A stretch of 64,000 nucleotides of DNA from Eledone cirrhosa (lineage: Eukaryota), in NCBI GenBank assembly GCA_964016885.1, contig OZ024740.1, positions 206,026,001 through 206,090,000 of the forward strand. Direction: 5' to 3'. Shown here one piece after another: positions 24,475-38,155 of this stretch. Positions within the stretch are counted from its first letter, which is position 1. Each line of letters starts with the position of its first letter. A program made the translations under genes and the position numbers. The notes beneath the pieces are model-generated. The model worked only from the letters and a program-made list of their open reading frames with translations, made no database searches and was not told the DNA's origin.

Positions 24475-25850
24475 GTAATACAGTTTTTATTTGTATTAAC
24501 CCTTTCAATACCAACCTGCCTGAACTGCTCCTTATTCTATGTTATAAAACATCCCTTCTAGAAGTATTTATACTCATATCAAAACCTTCAAGCATAATTT
24601 TAAGTTAATGTTCCAAATGTAAGCTCACTAATGAAAAAGTTAGTTATTTTATTAAATCCCTCAAAATTTTGTATTATTTTCACAATTAATTGAAACACAT
24701 TGGCAGTGTATTTCATTAGAAATTTGGCCACCAACGGGATATTTAATCATTACCTGCTGAAAAACATTTTGGTTTGCTGTTGCTGAATGGTCCTAATCCA
24801 CTTCATTTAGCAAGACATTTCACTTCACATTGTTCAAGTTCACTCAGCCAAAGTAATGAGTACCAGTGGCAGGTCGGAGTTAACCTTCCAATGGAGTGTC
24901 GTCCTGACAATCTTTTATTCTTAGTTACTTAATACTAATGAAACTGGAATAAGCTCCATCCTGATAAACCTTTAGGCTCAAGATAGATTTTAATTCTTTC
25001 ATTGTCATATTTCTAATGAAACACACTGCCTATGATTTTGAAATAATTAAAAAAAATAATCAAGAATTTTGAGGGATTTAGTAAAGCAACTAATTTTCAC
25101 ATTATTAAGATGGTATTTGGAATATAATTTAACATAGGTTCTTGCTTAAAATTATTGTGGACAGTCTTAATGGTTTTTAGATAAATATAAACACTTTAAA
25201 GTAAACAGTTTTATATTGTAGAACTAGAGGCAGTTTGAGGTTGCTTGGTATCAAAAGGTTTAACTAATGTACTAAGCTCAGTTCATGCTACCCAGTCACT
25301 TTTATCCTTCCTCAACACATGACCCAACCATCTTATTCCATGTCTCTTAACATTTATCACTGACTCAATTCCTGTCATCTACTGCAATTCATAGTAGTCT
25401 TCTCTCTCTGTTGATGACTAAACAGAGACAATTTAGGCTGAAAGGGGACTTATCAGACTGAATGAGCATGTAACAACTCCTCCTTAAACCCTATATTGTC
25501 TCTGTTTCATTGTAAACACTGAGAGAAGACAGTCAATGAATTGTAGAACAGAAGATGATTGGAATAGAGCCGGTAATGAATGTTGTGAAGAGAAATAGAA
25601 TGAGATGGTTGGGTCGTTTTGAGGAAGGATGAAAGTGACCAGGAGAAAGAATGATGGAAAACCATATAGAAGGAAGTAGAGGAAGGTGATGGCCAAAAGA
25701 GACATGGCTAAAGATGATAGAAGAGAAAATAAAAGCCAGGGTATTGGTGGTGGGGGTGCAGATGCTAGGGCATAATGGAAAAGCTTGTTATGAAGCCAGG
25801 AAGGCTAATCTCTGCTCTTAAAACACTTGCATTAATGTTTGTTGTTTCAG

Positions 25851-26023
25851 AAATTCCAGAATTCCTCTTGTATGCTCAACGGAAAATGATTCATCGATAT
25901 GAATTTGGTACTGAGAAAAATGACATCCTTGTACAAGGAGGCATTTATGATGCTGTAGTTTTTGATTTTGACAAAGCAGACAACTGTATCTACTGGGGAG
26001 ACCTGGCTTTGGACACAATAATG
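25851..26023 (+). CDS. SORL1: SorLA exon (YWTD propeller start), EFLLYAQRK...DFDKADNCIYWGDLALDTIM
   Basis: tttcag/gttagt; YWxD repeat; phase 1-0. Confidence 0.95.
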
Positions 26024-26859
26024 GTTAGTTGAAGTGTATTTCTCTCTTTCTCTCTTTCTTTCCCTCTTTCTATCTCTTTCTTTCCCCCTCTCTCTCTATA
26101 TATCTCTCTCTTTCTCTCTTGTTCTCTTTAATCCTTCTCTCATTCTCTCTATCTATTGCTATCTCTTTAGAAAAAAAATGGCTGTGTTCAGACCTAGATA
26201 ACGATGAGCTCTGCCAGGTTTAAATGCCCAAGACAATGTCTCTAGGACTTCATCACCACATCATTCTTATGACTGCGTCAATAGTTCCAGATCCATGGAT
26301 GGAGTCTTCTCAGAGTGTAAGACAATACCTTACAGTATTTGTTCTAGCTCTTTACATTCTGCAATCAAACCCAGCCGTGGCCTCTTGGATTGTTTAACAC
26401 CATCTGGTGGTTGCAGAATGAACAAATGGTTAAGGAATTCACTTCAAAAACATTAGGTCCCAGGTTCGATCTCACTGCGTGTCATTTACCATAGTCTTGA
26501 ATCAACCCAAGCCTGTGGATGAATTTGGTTGACAGAAACAGTTTGGAAGCCTGTTAGATGGACCTGTAATTCAAAGGGCCAACCTTGTCACACACTGTAT
26601 CATGATGAATCTTCCTGAGAATTACGTTAAATGTACTTGTGTCTGAGGAATGCTCAGCTACTTGCATGTTAATTTCACAAGCAGGCCATTCCATGAAACA
26701 ACTGGAACACTCATTGTTAAAACTGACACAGGTACATCCATCACTACCTGTCACAGTAAGAAATAAAACATCTCTTTTTATTTCATTCATTTCTTCACAT
26801 TCTTTGTTTCTCTCATTCTTTTGTGTTCTTCTTGGTCTCTTTCATCTTCTAGTGCTCTT

Positions 26860-27560
26860 CTTCATCTCTCATTCACTTTAGTTCTTCTTCACCTCTCTCA
26901 TTCTCTTTAGTTCTTCTTCATCTCTCTCATTCACTTTAGTTCTTCATCTCTCATTCACTTTAGCTCTTCTTCATCACTCATTCATTTTAGTTCTTCTTCA
27001 TCTCTCATTTATTTTTGTTCATTTTCATCTCTCATTCACTTTAGCTCTTCTTCATCTCTCATTCACTTTAGCTCTTCTTCATCTCTCATTCACTTTAGCT
27101 CTTCTTCATCTCTCATTCACTTTAGCTCTTCTTCATCTCTCATTCACTTTAGCTCTTCTTCATCTGTCAGTCACTTTAGTTCTTCTTCATCTCTCTCATT
27201 CACTTTAGCTCTTCTTCATCTCTCATTCACTTTAGCTCTTCTTCATCTCTCATTTACTTTAGCTCTTCTTCATCTCTCATTCACTTTAGCTCTTCTTCAT
27301 CTCTCATTCACTTTAGCTCTTCTTCATCTGTCAGTCACTTTAGTTCTTCTTCATCTCTCTCATTCACTTTAGCTCTTCTTCATCTCTCATTCACTTTAGC
27401 TCTTCTTCATCTGTCAGTCACTTTAGCTCTTCTTCATCTGTCAGTCACTTTAGCTCTTCTTCATCTGTCAGTCACTTTAGCTCTTCTTCATCTGTCAGTC
27501 ACTTTAGCTCTTCTTCATCTCTCTCATTCACTTAAGCTCTTTTTCATTGCTCATTCACTT
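26860..27560. repeat. 27-bp pyrimidine-rich minisatellite (cactttagctcttcttcatctctcatt)n
   Basis: Period of 27 visible (27064, 27091, 27118). Confidence 0.93.
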
Positions 27561-27737
27561 GTGTTATTACAATGAAGCTATTTAATCATTTCACTTCTCC
27601 CATTCCTCTCCTCCCACTACTCTTCCTCTTTCCACTTATCTCCCTCCACTTTTTTCTCCCACTTCTTTTCTCCTCTTACCCTATCTTCCTCTTCATCTAC
27701 ATCAAACTGGCTGACTTGAAACATACTTTACTTTCAG

Positions 27738-27964
27738 AGACTCTGTTTAGATGGAAATCACAGCAAAGAGATTATTATCGAAAAAGATGTATCTAGCATT
27801 GAAGGAATGGCTTTTGACTGGACTTCAGGCAATATCTATTGGATTGATTCTGTGGCTCGCAAACTGGAAGTGGTACATAAAACTGGTCGTTTCAGGAGAA
27901 CACTTCTCAGTGGAACTGAACACCTGGATAAACCTCGCTCTCTTGCCCTTAAACCACACTATGG
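27738..27964 (+). CDS. SORL1: SorLA exon (YWTD), RLCLDG...AFDWTSGNIYWID...LDKPRSLAL
   Basis: tttcag/gtacgt; LDLR class B repeats; phase 0-2. Confidence 0.95.
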
Positions 27965-28319
27965 GTACGTAAATTTACTGTTAATTTGAGGAACACCACA
28001 AGACCAAGGTTGTCACAGACTAAGTCAGTACATAATTGGGGTTACTGACCTCTCAGACAGGCCAGTGAGTGCATCTTTCTTACATACATTCCTGTACTCT
28101 ACAGAGGGTATTGGATACATTTTATTATGGTACCAACACTTGGCTGGTTGTTATGTCTTTGACATAATTGAAGAGTCTTCTCGGCCCTTTATTTGGCGAG
28201 TTATATGTGGTTAGATGCTCTTTACAAATTTTACTGGTTGTGTTTTATTGTGGCATCCTCACTAGAGAGGTTCTTATGTCTTTTATACAACTGAAAAGTC
28301 CTCTTGACCCTTTATGGAA

Positions 28320-28620
28320 CATTGGGTTTTGATGGGTTTACCCTTTTTCCTACATTCTTCTTCTAGCTTCTATTTAAGGGAGGCCTTCACTGGTCTGTTC
28401 ATGGATATGTGTAACACATGGTGAAGCCGCTTCTGCCATTGTACAGGGATGGTATTCCACACATTACTCAACCAGCTTCTTTCCATGACCTCCCGATTAG
28501 TGATATGGCTTCCTCAAGAAATCTTTGGAATGATCCTAAGGCAACGCCTTTGAAAGGCATCTATAGTTCTGTGGTTATTTTTTAGGTCTTTTTCCGTGTC
28601 TTGTTAGCATAAATGAAAGT
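28320..28620 (-). mobile_element. RTE-clade LINE fragment
   Basis: Minus strand translates to DAFQRRCLRII...HITNREVMER, typical of the RTE ORF C-terminus. Confidence 0.6.
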
Positions 28621-29317
28621 AATCTCTTCTGATAGGTCCACGTAGCATCAGAAAAAGAAAGTAATGTAGCTTGATATAGTGGAATGAGGGAAAAAAGTAC
28701 ATAGATTAATTTTCAGATACTTTCATTACCATACTTCTAATGAAAGATATTGCTTGTAATATTCAAATAATTTTGAAAATAATAACAAATTTCAAGGGAT
28801 TTAGTAATATAATTTTCTCATTATTAAGCTAGTATATGGAATGTAACTTAAAGGATATTACATAAAATTATGATGAAAGGTTTTCAAATAACCATTTAAA
28901 ACCAAATAACCATTTAAAACAAACAGCTTCGTATTACAGTACCAAGAGTGGTTTTAGGTGGTTTGGTATAAAAAAGGCTAAACATAAGAGTAAGGGAATG
29001 AGAATGATTGGAAGGTAGAGCATTTAAATAATTGAACATATATATCAGTACTGTTTAAATCTTTAGCATTTACATTACTTTATATTTACTATTGTATTTT
29101 CAAGCTATGAGATTTTAATATTATTTATTTTGAGAACAATACCTTAGCATCAGTATGAGTGGCCGGTTACAGCCAGTTTGAACAGAAACAGGTGAGAAAA
29201 TTCTGGCCAGATATGTCCGGTTTAAATGCTAAAGGGTTAAAGATCAAATCTGCTCATGAAAATCAGCAGTTGTTGATAGATAAACTAATAAATTCTTCTT
29301 ATTTAATTTTCTGACAG

Positions 29318-29582
29318 CTACTTGTATTGGACAGACTGGTCATCCTCTAACCCACGTATAGTGAAAGCCAGTATGGACTGTCGCAACATCAGCTATATAG
29401 TTGAGGGCAAAGATAATTTGGTTTGGCCGAATGGTATTACTATTGACCACCAGATGGGACGGTTATACTGGACAGATGCCTTTCTTGACCAAATTGTTTC
29501 ATCTGATTTAGATGGCAATGACCGAAAGATCATAGTAAAAGGCAATCAAATCCCCCATCCTTATGCTATTGTGGTACACAAG
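29318..29582 (+). CDS. SORL1: SorLA exon (YWTD), LYWTDW...WPNGITID...LYWTDA...PHPYAIVVHK
   Basis: tgacag/gtatgt; two YWTD motifs; phase 2-0. Confidence 0.96.
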
Positions 29583-30313
29583 GTATGTAACCATTGTGTT
29601 GTTGCTTCTATTTCTTGTTTCTTTTATAACTAATCATTGGATCAAATAATTGCTTTTTAGACAATTTTATCTCATAAACAACAATTCACCAGCAGCTTTA
29701 TGGCTATCTGTACAGATCTCTGTTCATTTAAGTAAATAGGTATCTGTTAAGTGACAGAGTACAAGACTCTTCCTCGGGATAGGCCGATGGTCTCTCACAG
29801 GGCTAATTTCTAGCTAATGCTAGTACTCAATGTTTCAGTTGAGCAACTTGAAATGAAGTGTTTGTACAAGGATGCAATGTGTCACCCAGTTTGGGATTTG
29901 AATACACAACTTTGCGAAAGTGAGATCAACACACTAACCATTTTGTGAAGCCATGCAGCCTAGTGTTTAGAATGTTGGGCTAATAATTACAAGGTCATGG
30001 ATTTGATTCCCAGATAAGGTGGCATTGCTCCAATTTACTCAGTTGAAAATAAGTACCAGATTAACCCTGCAATGAATTGGCATCCCACTTAGCAGGTGAG
30101 GGTAAGTCTTGTACTCTCAGTCCCTTAACACCAATGAAACTCAGCTAAGGTTCAAGAAAAAAACCCCCAAAAGCACCCCAAACTAAATTTTTTCCTCAGT
30201 TTTCCCATAAAGAAAGCAATGCCTCAAATTAATGTCTCTATAATTATCAGGATTCCTAGATTTGTTTTCATATCAAATTTGTTATACTTTGTCATTCAAT
30301 TAACTCTTTTTAG

Positions 30314-30452
30314 GAAAATATTTACTGGACTGATCTTACCAGACATGCATTATTAACTGCCAACAAAAATACAGGTTACGATCTGACTGCATTATTAACT
30401 AATGTGAGTGGTATAACTGATTTGAAAGTTGTACACCAACTGGCACAAAATA
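30314..30452 (+). CDS. SORL1: SorLA exon (last YWTD), ENIYWTD...ANKNTG...DLKVVH
   Basis: ttttag/gtaagt; YWTD; phase 0-1. Confidence 0.94.
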
Positions 30453-32038
30453 GTAAGTAGTATTTCGGATTTTGGTGTTTCTTTTTTATGGGGTTGAGGT
30501 TGCATTCTGCTATGTGTGGTCTTTATATTCTGTCTGAAAAACAACACTACTATTACTACTAGTTAGTGGTAGTAGTAGTAGTTTTGACAGGAATCGACAT
30601 CACTTTTACATGTTTTTTTTCATGCTTGCATAGGTAAGACGGCTCTCTTCTCCTTTGATTATGAACCTGCTTAACCCTCTTGCTACTGCATTTCTCATGA
30701 AAGACATTGCATATGTGTTTCAAATAATCAAAACTTTGGTCAAGAATTTTTAATATAACATTATCAAACCGATGTTTGGAACATAACTCAATAAAGGTTC
30801 TTACAAAGGATTATGCTGGAAAGTTTTTAGATAAATATAATCACTTTAAAATAAGTAGTTTTGTATCCAGGAACCAGGTGCAGTTTGATATCAAAAGGAT
30901 TAATCAGAACTGGCCTGGTACAACAACAACAACCATTCTGGCATGAGAAGCACTTTGCTATATTACCTGTCAAAACAGAACTGAGAGAAGTAGAGCAACA
31001 TAACAACCTACACCAGTTAACACAGGACTTGATATTATTTAACCCTTTAGCATTTAAATCGGCCATATCCAGCCAGAATTCTCACACCTCTTTCTGTTCA
31101 AACTGGCCTTAACCAGCTGCTCGTACTGATGTTAAGGTATTGTTCTCAAAATAAATAACATTAAAAATTCATAGATTCGATATTATGTGAGGTAAAGCTT
31201 TTACCATGAAAATACAATAGTAAATATAGAGTAATGTAAATGCTAAAGGGTTAAGCTATCAACTTGTGACAAAATTGTATCATTAAGCTGAGATTGACAA
31301 TGATTAATGAAGAAGAAACTCTTGCTATTCCAATAATTATGTGGTTTTGCCTAGATTTAAAGTTCAATTCCACACCAAGAATATATTTTAAACATATTAA
31401 TACACTTCTGTATATTAACTTTGTTAGTATTCAGTTTTACTTAATCAATTCTTATAATAAACATGTATTATATTAAAATACATTGGATTGGCAGTATTGG
31501 TAGAGGGTTGGACGCCATGCTTTGGAGCATAGAGTTACCTCCCTTTATGATCAGAGTTCAAATCCCGTCGAGGTTAACTTTACCTTTCATCCTTACAGGG
31601 TCGATAAAATAAAGTACCAGTAATGCACTGGGATAATTGCTGGCCTTGTGCCAAAAATAGAAACAATTATATTAAAATACAATGCACTCTGCTGCTGCTG
31701 ATCAAACTTTGTGGAGAGAGATATCACATGTTAATGCGTAGTCTGCAACTGGCGGAGTTTAGCGTCACAAGAAGACAATGCAACACACAACAGCGAGTCA
31801 TTTAAGACCATTTTCCTTGCTAAAGCAAAGATTAGACTTGTGGGACCCCATGACAAGTTTCTTTTGCATAGAGTTCTTTTTGAGGTAATGTTTTACTGCC
31901 AGATGCCTCTAGTTTTCATTCATGTATTTCTAATTTCCATTATACCAGCTTTCCCAAAACAATCCTAACCACATATCTCACAACACTTCATATAAACTAT
32001 ACTCCTTTATTATTATATATATATCTATTCTTTTATAG

Positions 32039-32239
32039 CTTTAAGTGCTTGCTCTTTCAAGAATGGGATGTGCTCTCAACTGTGTATACCTCGACCTCAC
32101 CATTTACATGTTGGACACAATAACAGAACTTGTCTCTGTCAAAACTATATTGGACATACTCTAAAACCTTCTGGAGATGAAGACTGTTTCTGTCCTGAAG
32201 GACAAACTTATCAAGAAGGGATTTGCAAACCAAACAACT
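32039..32239 (+). CDS. SORL1: SorLA exon (EGF-like domain), ACSFKNGMCSQLCIP...TCLC...PSGDEDCFCPEG...C
   Basis: ttatag/gtaaat; 8-Cys EGF of SorLA type with PSGD..C.CP.G; phase 1-1. Confidence 0.94.
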
Positions 32240-32908
32240 GTAAATATTATGTTTTCCTTAAACTTAACTTCTCTTTTACGCTTTATTTTTCATTCATTAT
32301 ATATTATTATTATCACATCAGATTTTCCCATGGTTTCAAGTTAAATTACAATGGATAAACTCGTTTTCCTCATGTAGAACCCATGCAAGCATGGAAAAAT
32401 GGATGCTAAATGGTGATGATGATGATGATGATGATGATGAGTGAAAACATGTGGTTAGGATGTTGAGTTTATGAATCGTAAGGCTGTAGGTTTGATTTCC
32501 AGACTGGGTGTCACATTGTGTCCTTGAGCAAAGAACTTCATTTCACATTGTTCTAGTTCCTTCAGCTGAAAATGAGTACCAGTAGCAACTGAGGGTTAGC
32601 TATGTGATGGACTGGTAGCCTGTCCAGCTGGGGAGCCTTTTACTCTTAGTTACTTAACACCCATGAAACCAAGATAAGCTCCAGTCTTTGTCCTACCTGT
32701 GCAAACATGGAAAAATGGACATAAAATAAATCAAACTCATTTCTCCTGTAAAATCCATCTTCTTCATTTTCAGTGTTTTACTGATTTGCATCATTATCAT
32801 TTTATGTTTGTTTTTTCATGCTTGTGTGGGTTAGATGAGTCCTCTCCACTTCAGTGCATCTACATGTTTCTTTCCTTTATATTTCCTTTGAGATAAGCTT
32901 TCACCACT

Positions 32909-33257
32909 TACTCTCGGGTCCCAAATAATAGTCGGGGTTGAAATAAGCAACGGGGTTGGACATTTGCTTAAATTCTTCTAAGCGGGGGGGTGTCGGTAAT
33001 TGTATATATACATTTGTAAATATGGGATTTCTTGTAATGTTCTTTTTTTGTCATATATAATGTTTTTTAATGTAAAATAAAATTATTAGATTCTCCAGCT
33101 GTTGTATCAGCATGAATTACTTACAATAAAATTTTGCCAAAGCTAGATTAACAAAATTTAATAAGCAGTGGGGTGGGGGATTGATAAAAGCAAGGAGGTT
33201 GGAAAAAATCTGAAAAATTAATAAGCAGTGGAGGCAATTATTCAAGACCTGAGAGTA
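32909..33257. mobile_element. MITE with TA ends and TIRs tactctcgggtcccaaataat / attattcaagacctgagagta
   Basis: Terminal inverted repeats and an internal repeated aattaataagcagtgg motif. Confidence 0.7.
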
Positions 33258-33965
33258 CCTCAGTAAAATAAGAAAGGATAATAAAGAAAATAAATAACAA
33301 ACTATCTCAAAGAAGGAAATAAAATGAAATTAGAAACAATTCATAGATTAAACTACATGGCAACTTTTTAACATTTTAGACCTCATTCTTGTAAGACTGT
33401 GGAACTGTTAAAAGTTATAAAGGAATTAGAAGATGTCTGTTTCTAAATAACTTTTAAATAGACCTATATTAAGAGTGTTCCAATTCAGCCAACAGAAGAA
33501 CCTACTCGTTAATGAGTTGCTGAGTATTCCACAGTCATGTGTACTCTTAACATAATTTTCAAGAAGACACTATATGAGACAAGGCTGGCCTTTTGAATTA
33601 TACATACAATCCATCTAATGGGGTTCCAAACAGTTTTTGTCTTCGCAGTTTCACTTATGTTTGGATTGACCTGAGTTTATGATAAATTAATTATGAAATA
33701 ATTAATTTCAGTAAATCTCACCAAATTTATCATTAATTGATTAAAATACATCATTAATCGATTAAAATGTATTTCATTAGAAATATGATAATAAAAGTGT
33801 TGAAACAAACGGTTTTGTATCGTAATACCGTAGGTACTTTCAGGCAGTTTTGTATTAAAAGGGTAACTTTATTTTCTTAACTGCTGTATATTTTTCTATG
33901 TAATCTCTATATAAATTCCTATATTGTGTTTTCTATCGTTGATGAATGATTTTCTTGTTTTCTAG

Positions 33966-34076
33966 ATACATGTGAAGCTCATCAGTTCCAATGTCACAAC
34001 AGCCAATGTATTTCAGCTGCTACCAAATGTGATCATGATCCTGACTGTGTTGATGGCAGTGATGAACTTAATTGTG
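33966..34076 (+). CDS. SORL1: SorLA exon, LDL-receptor class A repeat 1
   Basis: ttctag/gttagt; [36 protein letters not shown]; phase 1-1. Confidence 0.93.
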
Positions 34077-35130
34077 GTTAGTATTATCAATATATGAACA
34101 TTCCTTACATATTGATTACATAGAAATATGTAAACAATGTTACTTATATATTATATTATACAGTGTTGATGATTTACTTATATCATTTGTAAACATATAT
34201 TACAGTGTAGTTGTTCCAGCCTGTAGTCTATGGGTACCAAGACGTTCACAAATGTAGTACTGTCATGTTGTTCAATTATCTTTTGAATATGGCCACAGTG
34301 TTATCATTTATTGTTTGAGATGGCCATATTACCATCAATTACTTTTTTAATATGGTCACAGTGTCATCATCATGAAGCTGTGAAACCTAGTTGTTAGGGT
34401 GTTGGACCCATGATTGTAATATCATGGGTTTGATTCCTGGACCAGGTGGCATATTCTGTTCTTGAGCGAAACACTTCATATCACATTATTCCAGTTCACT
34501 TAACTGAAGGAAAGGATTACTAGCAACAGCAGCAGCATACAGTGGTTATCTCTTGGACAAAATTCTGTCTTGTACTTTCAGTTATTTAACTCCAAGGAAA
34601 CTGGGATAAGCTCTATTTATGTAATCACATAAATAGTTCACCACCAATCTTGCTTTGCTTTTATCTTTCTCAATAGCACCCACAGTCTAATCAATTGCAT
34701 TTTCTTTTATCTTGTAAATTACAGAATCTTATCAAAAGCTTTGTCCTGTTCCATTAACGCTATAGATTATAATCTGATATTGCACATAATTGATTTATTT
34801 CTTTGATACATGTCCAGGTTTATAAGTGGAGTTATAACCAATAGATAGAACCTGACTACTGCCTATTTTACCATTCTTGAACTTCATATCAACACTGATA
34901 AAATTAGAAATTGACTCATAAAAATAAAGAATGTTTCACTGGTAAAGACACATAAAAAACATGTTCCTTCTCAATAATGCAATATTCAATCTATCTGTAT
35001 ATGTATTTATGCATCAGATAAATATTGCTTCATGATCCCATCAGACAGAATAACAAATGTATTACCCCAGAGGGTAACAAGGAAAATATGTTGACAGAGC
35101 CAATCCAACTCACAGGGTTTGTTCTTGCAG

Positions 35131-35154
35131 ATGACCATCCCCATCCCAATCACA
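35131..35154 (+). CDS. SORL1: Candidate 24-nt alternative microexon of SorLA (DDHPHPNH linker)
   Basis: gtttgttcttgcag acceptor and perfect gtaagt donor; 24 nt, open in phase 1-1 like the flanking LA exons. Confidence 0.5.
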
Positions 35155-38038
35155 GTAAGTAGAGAGGTGGTTCAGGGATCCAGGAAGTCAGATGTTTCCA
35201 CCATTATGGATTTAACAATAAGTCTATTGGAGAGCAGCTGGTAATTTGTCAGCTTGCAATCTTCAATATGTTGGACAATAGAGCCTGAGTTTGATGCTGA
35301 GTAAAAATGATAATACATTTAGTCTTTCACATTTTTGTCATAGACATCTACACTGCCATAACAAACATATCAGTGTAATTTTGTTGGATGGTCAGTTAGC
35401 AGTTGAGTGTTTGTTTCTTTCACATATCTTAATATTCTATAATGGTTTAGCAGAAAATGTTTAAAAACAGGTTTGTAAATTCAAATATTTATAGTATCAT
35501 AAAAAATTGTACTATTAAACTAAAGACTAATTTTTAATGTGATGCAGTTGCTAGAGTGTTGTTTTGTACTTTTCAAAAATGTTTTGCTAATACAGTTTCA
35601 CATGGTACAAGGTGTTAAGAATTATGGTGTATTAAGGATATTCTAAAAGCATTAAAGTTTTTATTAAGATATAGGTTCAACCTGTCTATAAATTTTTTTC
35701 ATCTTGTATTCACATTAAAAAATAAATTTCTGTTCTGGAAAGTAGAATAATTTATAAAAAATGTTTTAGTAAAGGTGAGTTTTATATTAAATAATAATAA
35801 TATTTGATTTGTTTGCAAGCAAACAGCCTCATTACGCTATGTTTCAAATATTTTTATTCAATATAAAACTCATGAATACATTTACGTGTTTGCTATGTTG
35901 GAGCGAAAAAACAAACTCTAGAACTAGGAACCAAACTCTAATTTTGTTTTAATAAAGAATATTATCAAAATGTTAAGATTGCAATATTTATAGATTAAAT
36001 GAAATAACAGAACATGCTGTGTCCTCAGTCATCACACATTACTTTGTCTCAGAATATGTATATGAAAATATTTGCTACACTTGGAAGGTAGTAGCAAGGT
36101 GTGGTATCTGAACTGTCTTGTCTTGGATCATAATGACCTGTCCAACCCATGCCAACCTAAAAATACATGATGATGACTTACTGCACAATTTGTGTGATCA
36201 GCATTAGAAAAGGTTTCCAATTGTAGAAATTACTTTTTCAATAATTTCATCATCATCAACACCATTATCCTCATCATCATCACCACTACCACCACCACCA
36301 CCATCATCACCACCACCACCATCATCATCATCCTCCTCCATTTTCCCTGCTAAGGGTTGAACAGGTTGTCACATATCAAGTCAGTACTGACCAGACAGGT
36401 CAGAGCTGCAATTTGTGTATTTAAATTGTCAGAACATCCTGTGTATCGAGCATACCCCATAAAAAGATGAAAATAAGCCGAAGAAACTGAATGAGTAAAC
36501 ATTATCAAAGCTATTTTCTTAGTTTTGTTTTAAAAAGATAAATCGGATTATATTTTAAACGATATAGCAGGCTGTACTTCAACTCTTTTGCAGCCATATT
36601 TTTAAAGGAATACACTGTATTTCAATTAATTCATCAAAGAATTTGGAGTGATTTACTAAAATTATTAATTATTTCATTATTAAGATGGTATTTGTAACAT
36701 AACCTAGGAATAAGTTCTTACATCAAATTATTTTGGAAGGTTTTAGTATAAATAGGAACCTTTTAAAATGGGTGGTTTTGTTCCATTGAACCAGAGGCAG
36801 TTTTGGGTGGATAAGTGATAAAGCAAGTTAGACTTTAAATGAAACTACAAAAAAAAAAGGATTTTATGGTGCAAAAAATAAAAATGATGATGATATTATA
36901 TGAAGATAGTCTTTATTACTGATCTCTCCTTAGTAGTCATAACAATGGGGAATAGATTGTAGTCATAAACCTTTTAATCATATTTGGAATAAAAAGTGGC
37001 ATGGTGATAACCTACAATTAAAATAGATAAATTAATTTAGATATTAGGAAAATTATATTTCATTGTTTCTCTCTTAGATTTCCATTAGAAAACAAAATGA
37101 GCAGATTATACTTTTAACCTTTTTGTGACCATATATGGAATACATGGTATTCCAGTTAATTTCTTCAATTTCATCATCATTTAATGTCTACTTTCCCTGC
37201 TAACAAAGGTTGCATAGGTGATCGCAGACCAAGTTTGTAGCTAATTGGAGCCACTGAAATCTCAGGAGGACCAAGGACATGCCTCTTACTTACATATGTT
37301 CTTGCACTCTAATGAGTGCACTGGGTGTATTTTATTGTGTCACCAGAACCAGGGAGGTTGTCATGTCTCTGACACAACTAAAGATTCCTCCTGACTTTTT
37401 GTTTGGCAAATTTTCTACAGCTGGATATCTTTCCATTTTACAGTGTACTGGGTTCATTTATTGTTTCACCCACACTAGAGAGGGAGTTGTGCTCTTGACA
37501 CAATTGATGAGTTCTCTCGACTATGGTTTCTACAGTTGGAAGATATTCCTATCACCAACCATCTTACAGTGTTCCACTATCTTACAGTTTATTTATTTTT
37601 AATATTAGGAAAATTATATTTCTTTGATTTTGATATATTTGAGGAGGGTCATGTTGTCCTAATATTGCCAGAAAAATATAGTAAAACACACTCACTGTTT
37701 GGTTTAGTTTTCACTTAACAAAAATCTTGCGAAACAAATACATCACCGCTAGTTCTTTGATTCTTTCTTAGATTTCTTTATTTCATAGTAAAAATAATTC
37801 AGTTCAGTTCTACCTACCATTTTATTTGTTTTGTTTTGTTTCTCCCTTCTTTTTCTGACCAGCCTATTTACATTGCATGGAATGTAAAGCTAGTCAGAAA
37901 TATATTACACTTGGTCTGCAACTGAAAGGTTTGTTGTCAGCCAGTGTAACCATGTAGCCATCACGTTCTCATTTCACTGAGATTTCACATCACATCAGCT
38001 CATATCAGCTGCTCTATGTTAGTTTTGTTTCCCTACAG

Positions 38039-38155
38039 AATATCATCCATGTTCTGAAGGTAACTTCCGTTGTCCTAACATGCAGTGTATTCCACACCAC
38101 ATGCTCTGTAACCATGAAAATGACTGCAGTGATGGTTCTGATGAGAAAAATTGCA
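38039..38155 (+). CDS. SORL1: SorLA exon, LA repeat 2 (duplicate copy A1)
   Basis: ctacag/gtgagt; CSEGNFRCPNMQCIPHHMLCNHENDCSDGSDEKNC; phase 1-1. Confidence 0.9.

Noticed and set aside
35760-35782. ttttag-TAAAG-gtgagt possible 5-nt exon
   Set aside because: Frame-shifting with a poor pyrimidine tract; cannot be supported
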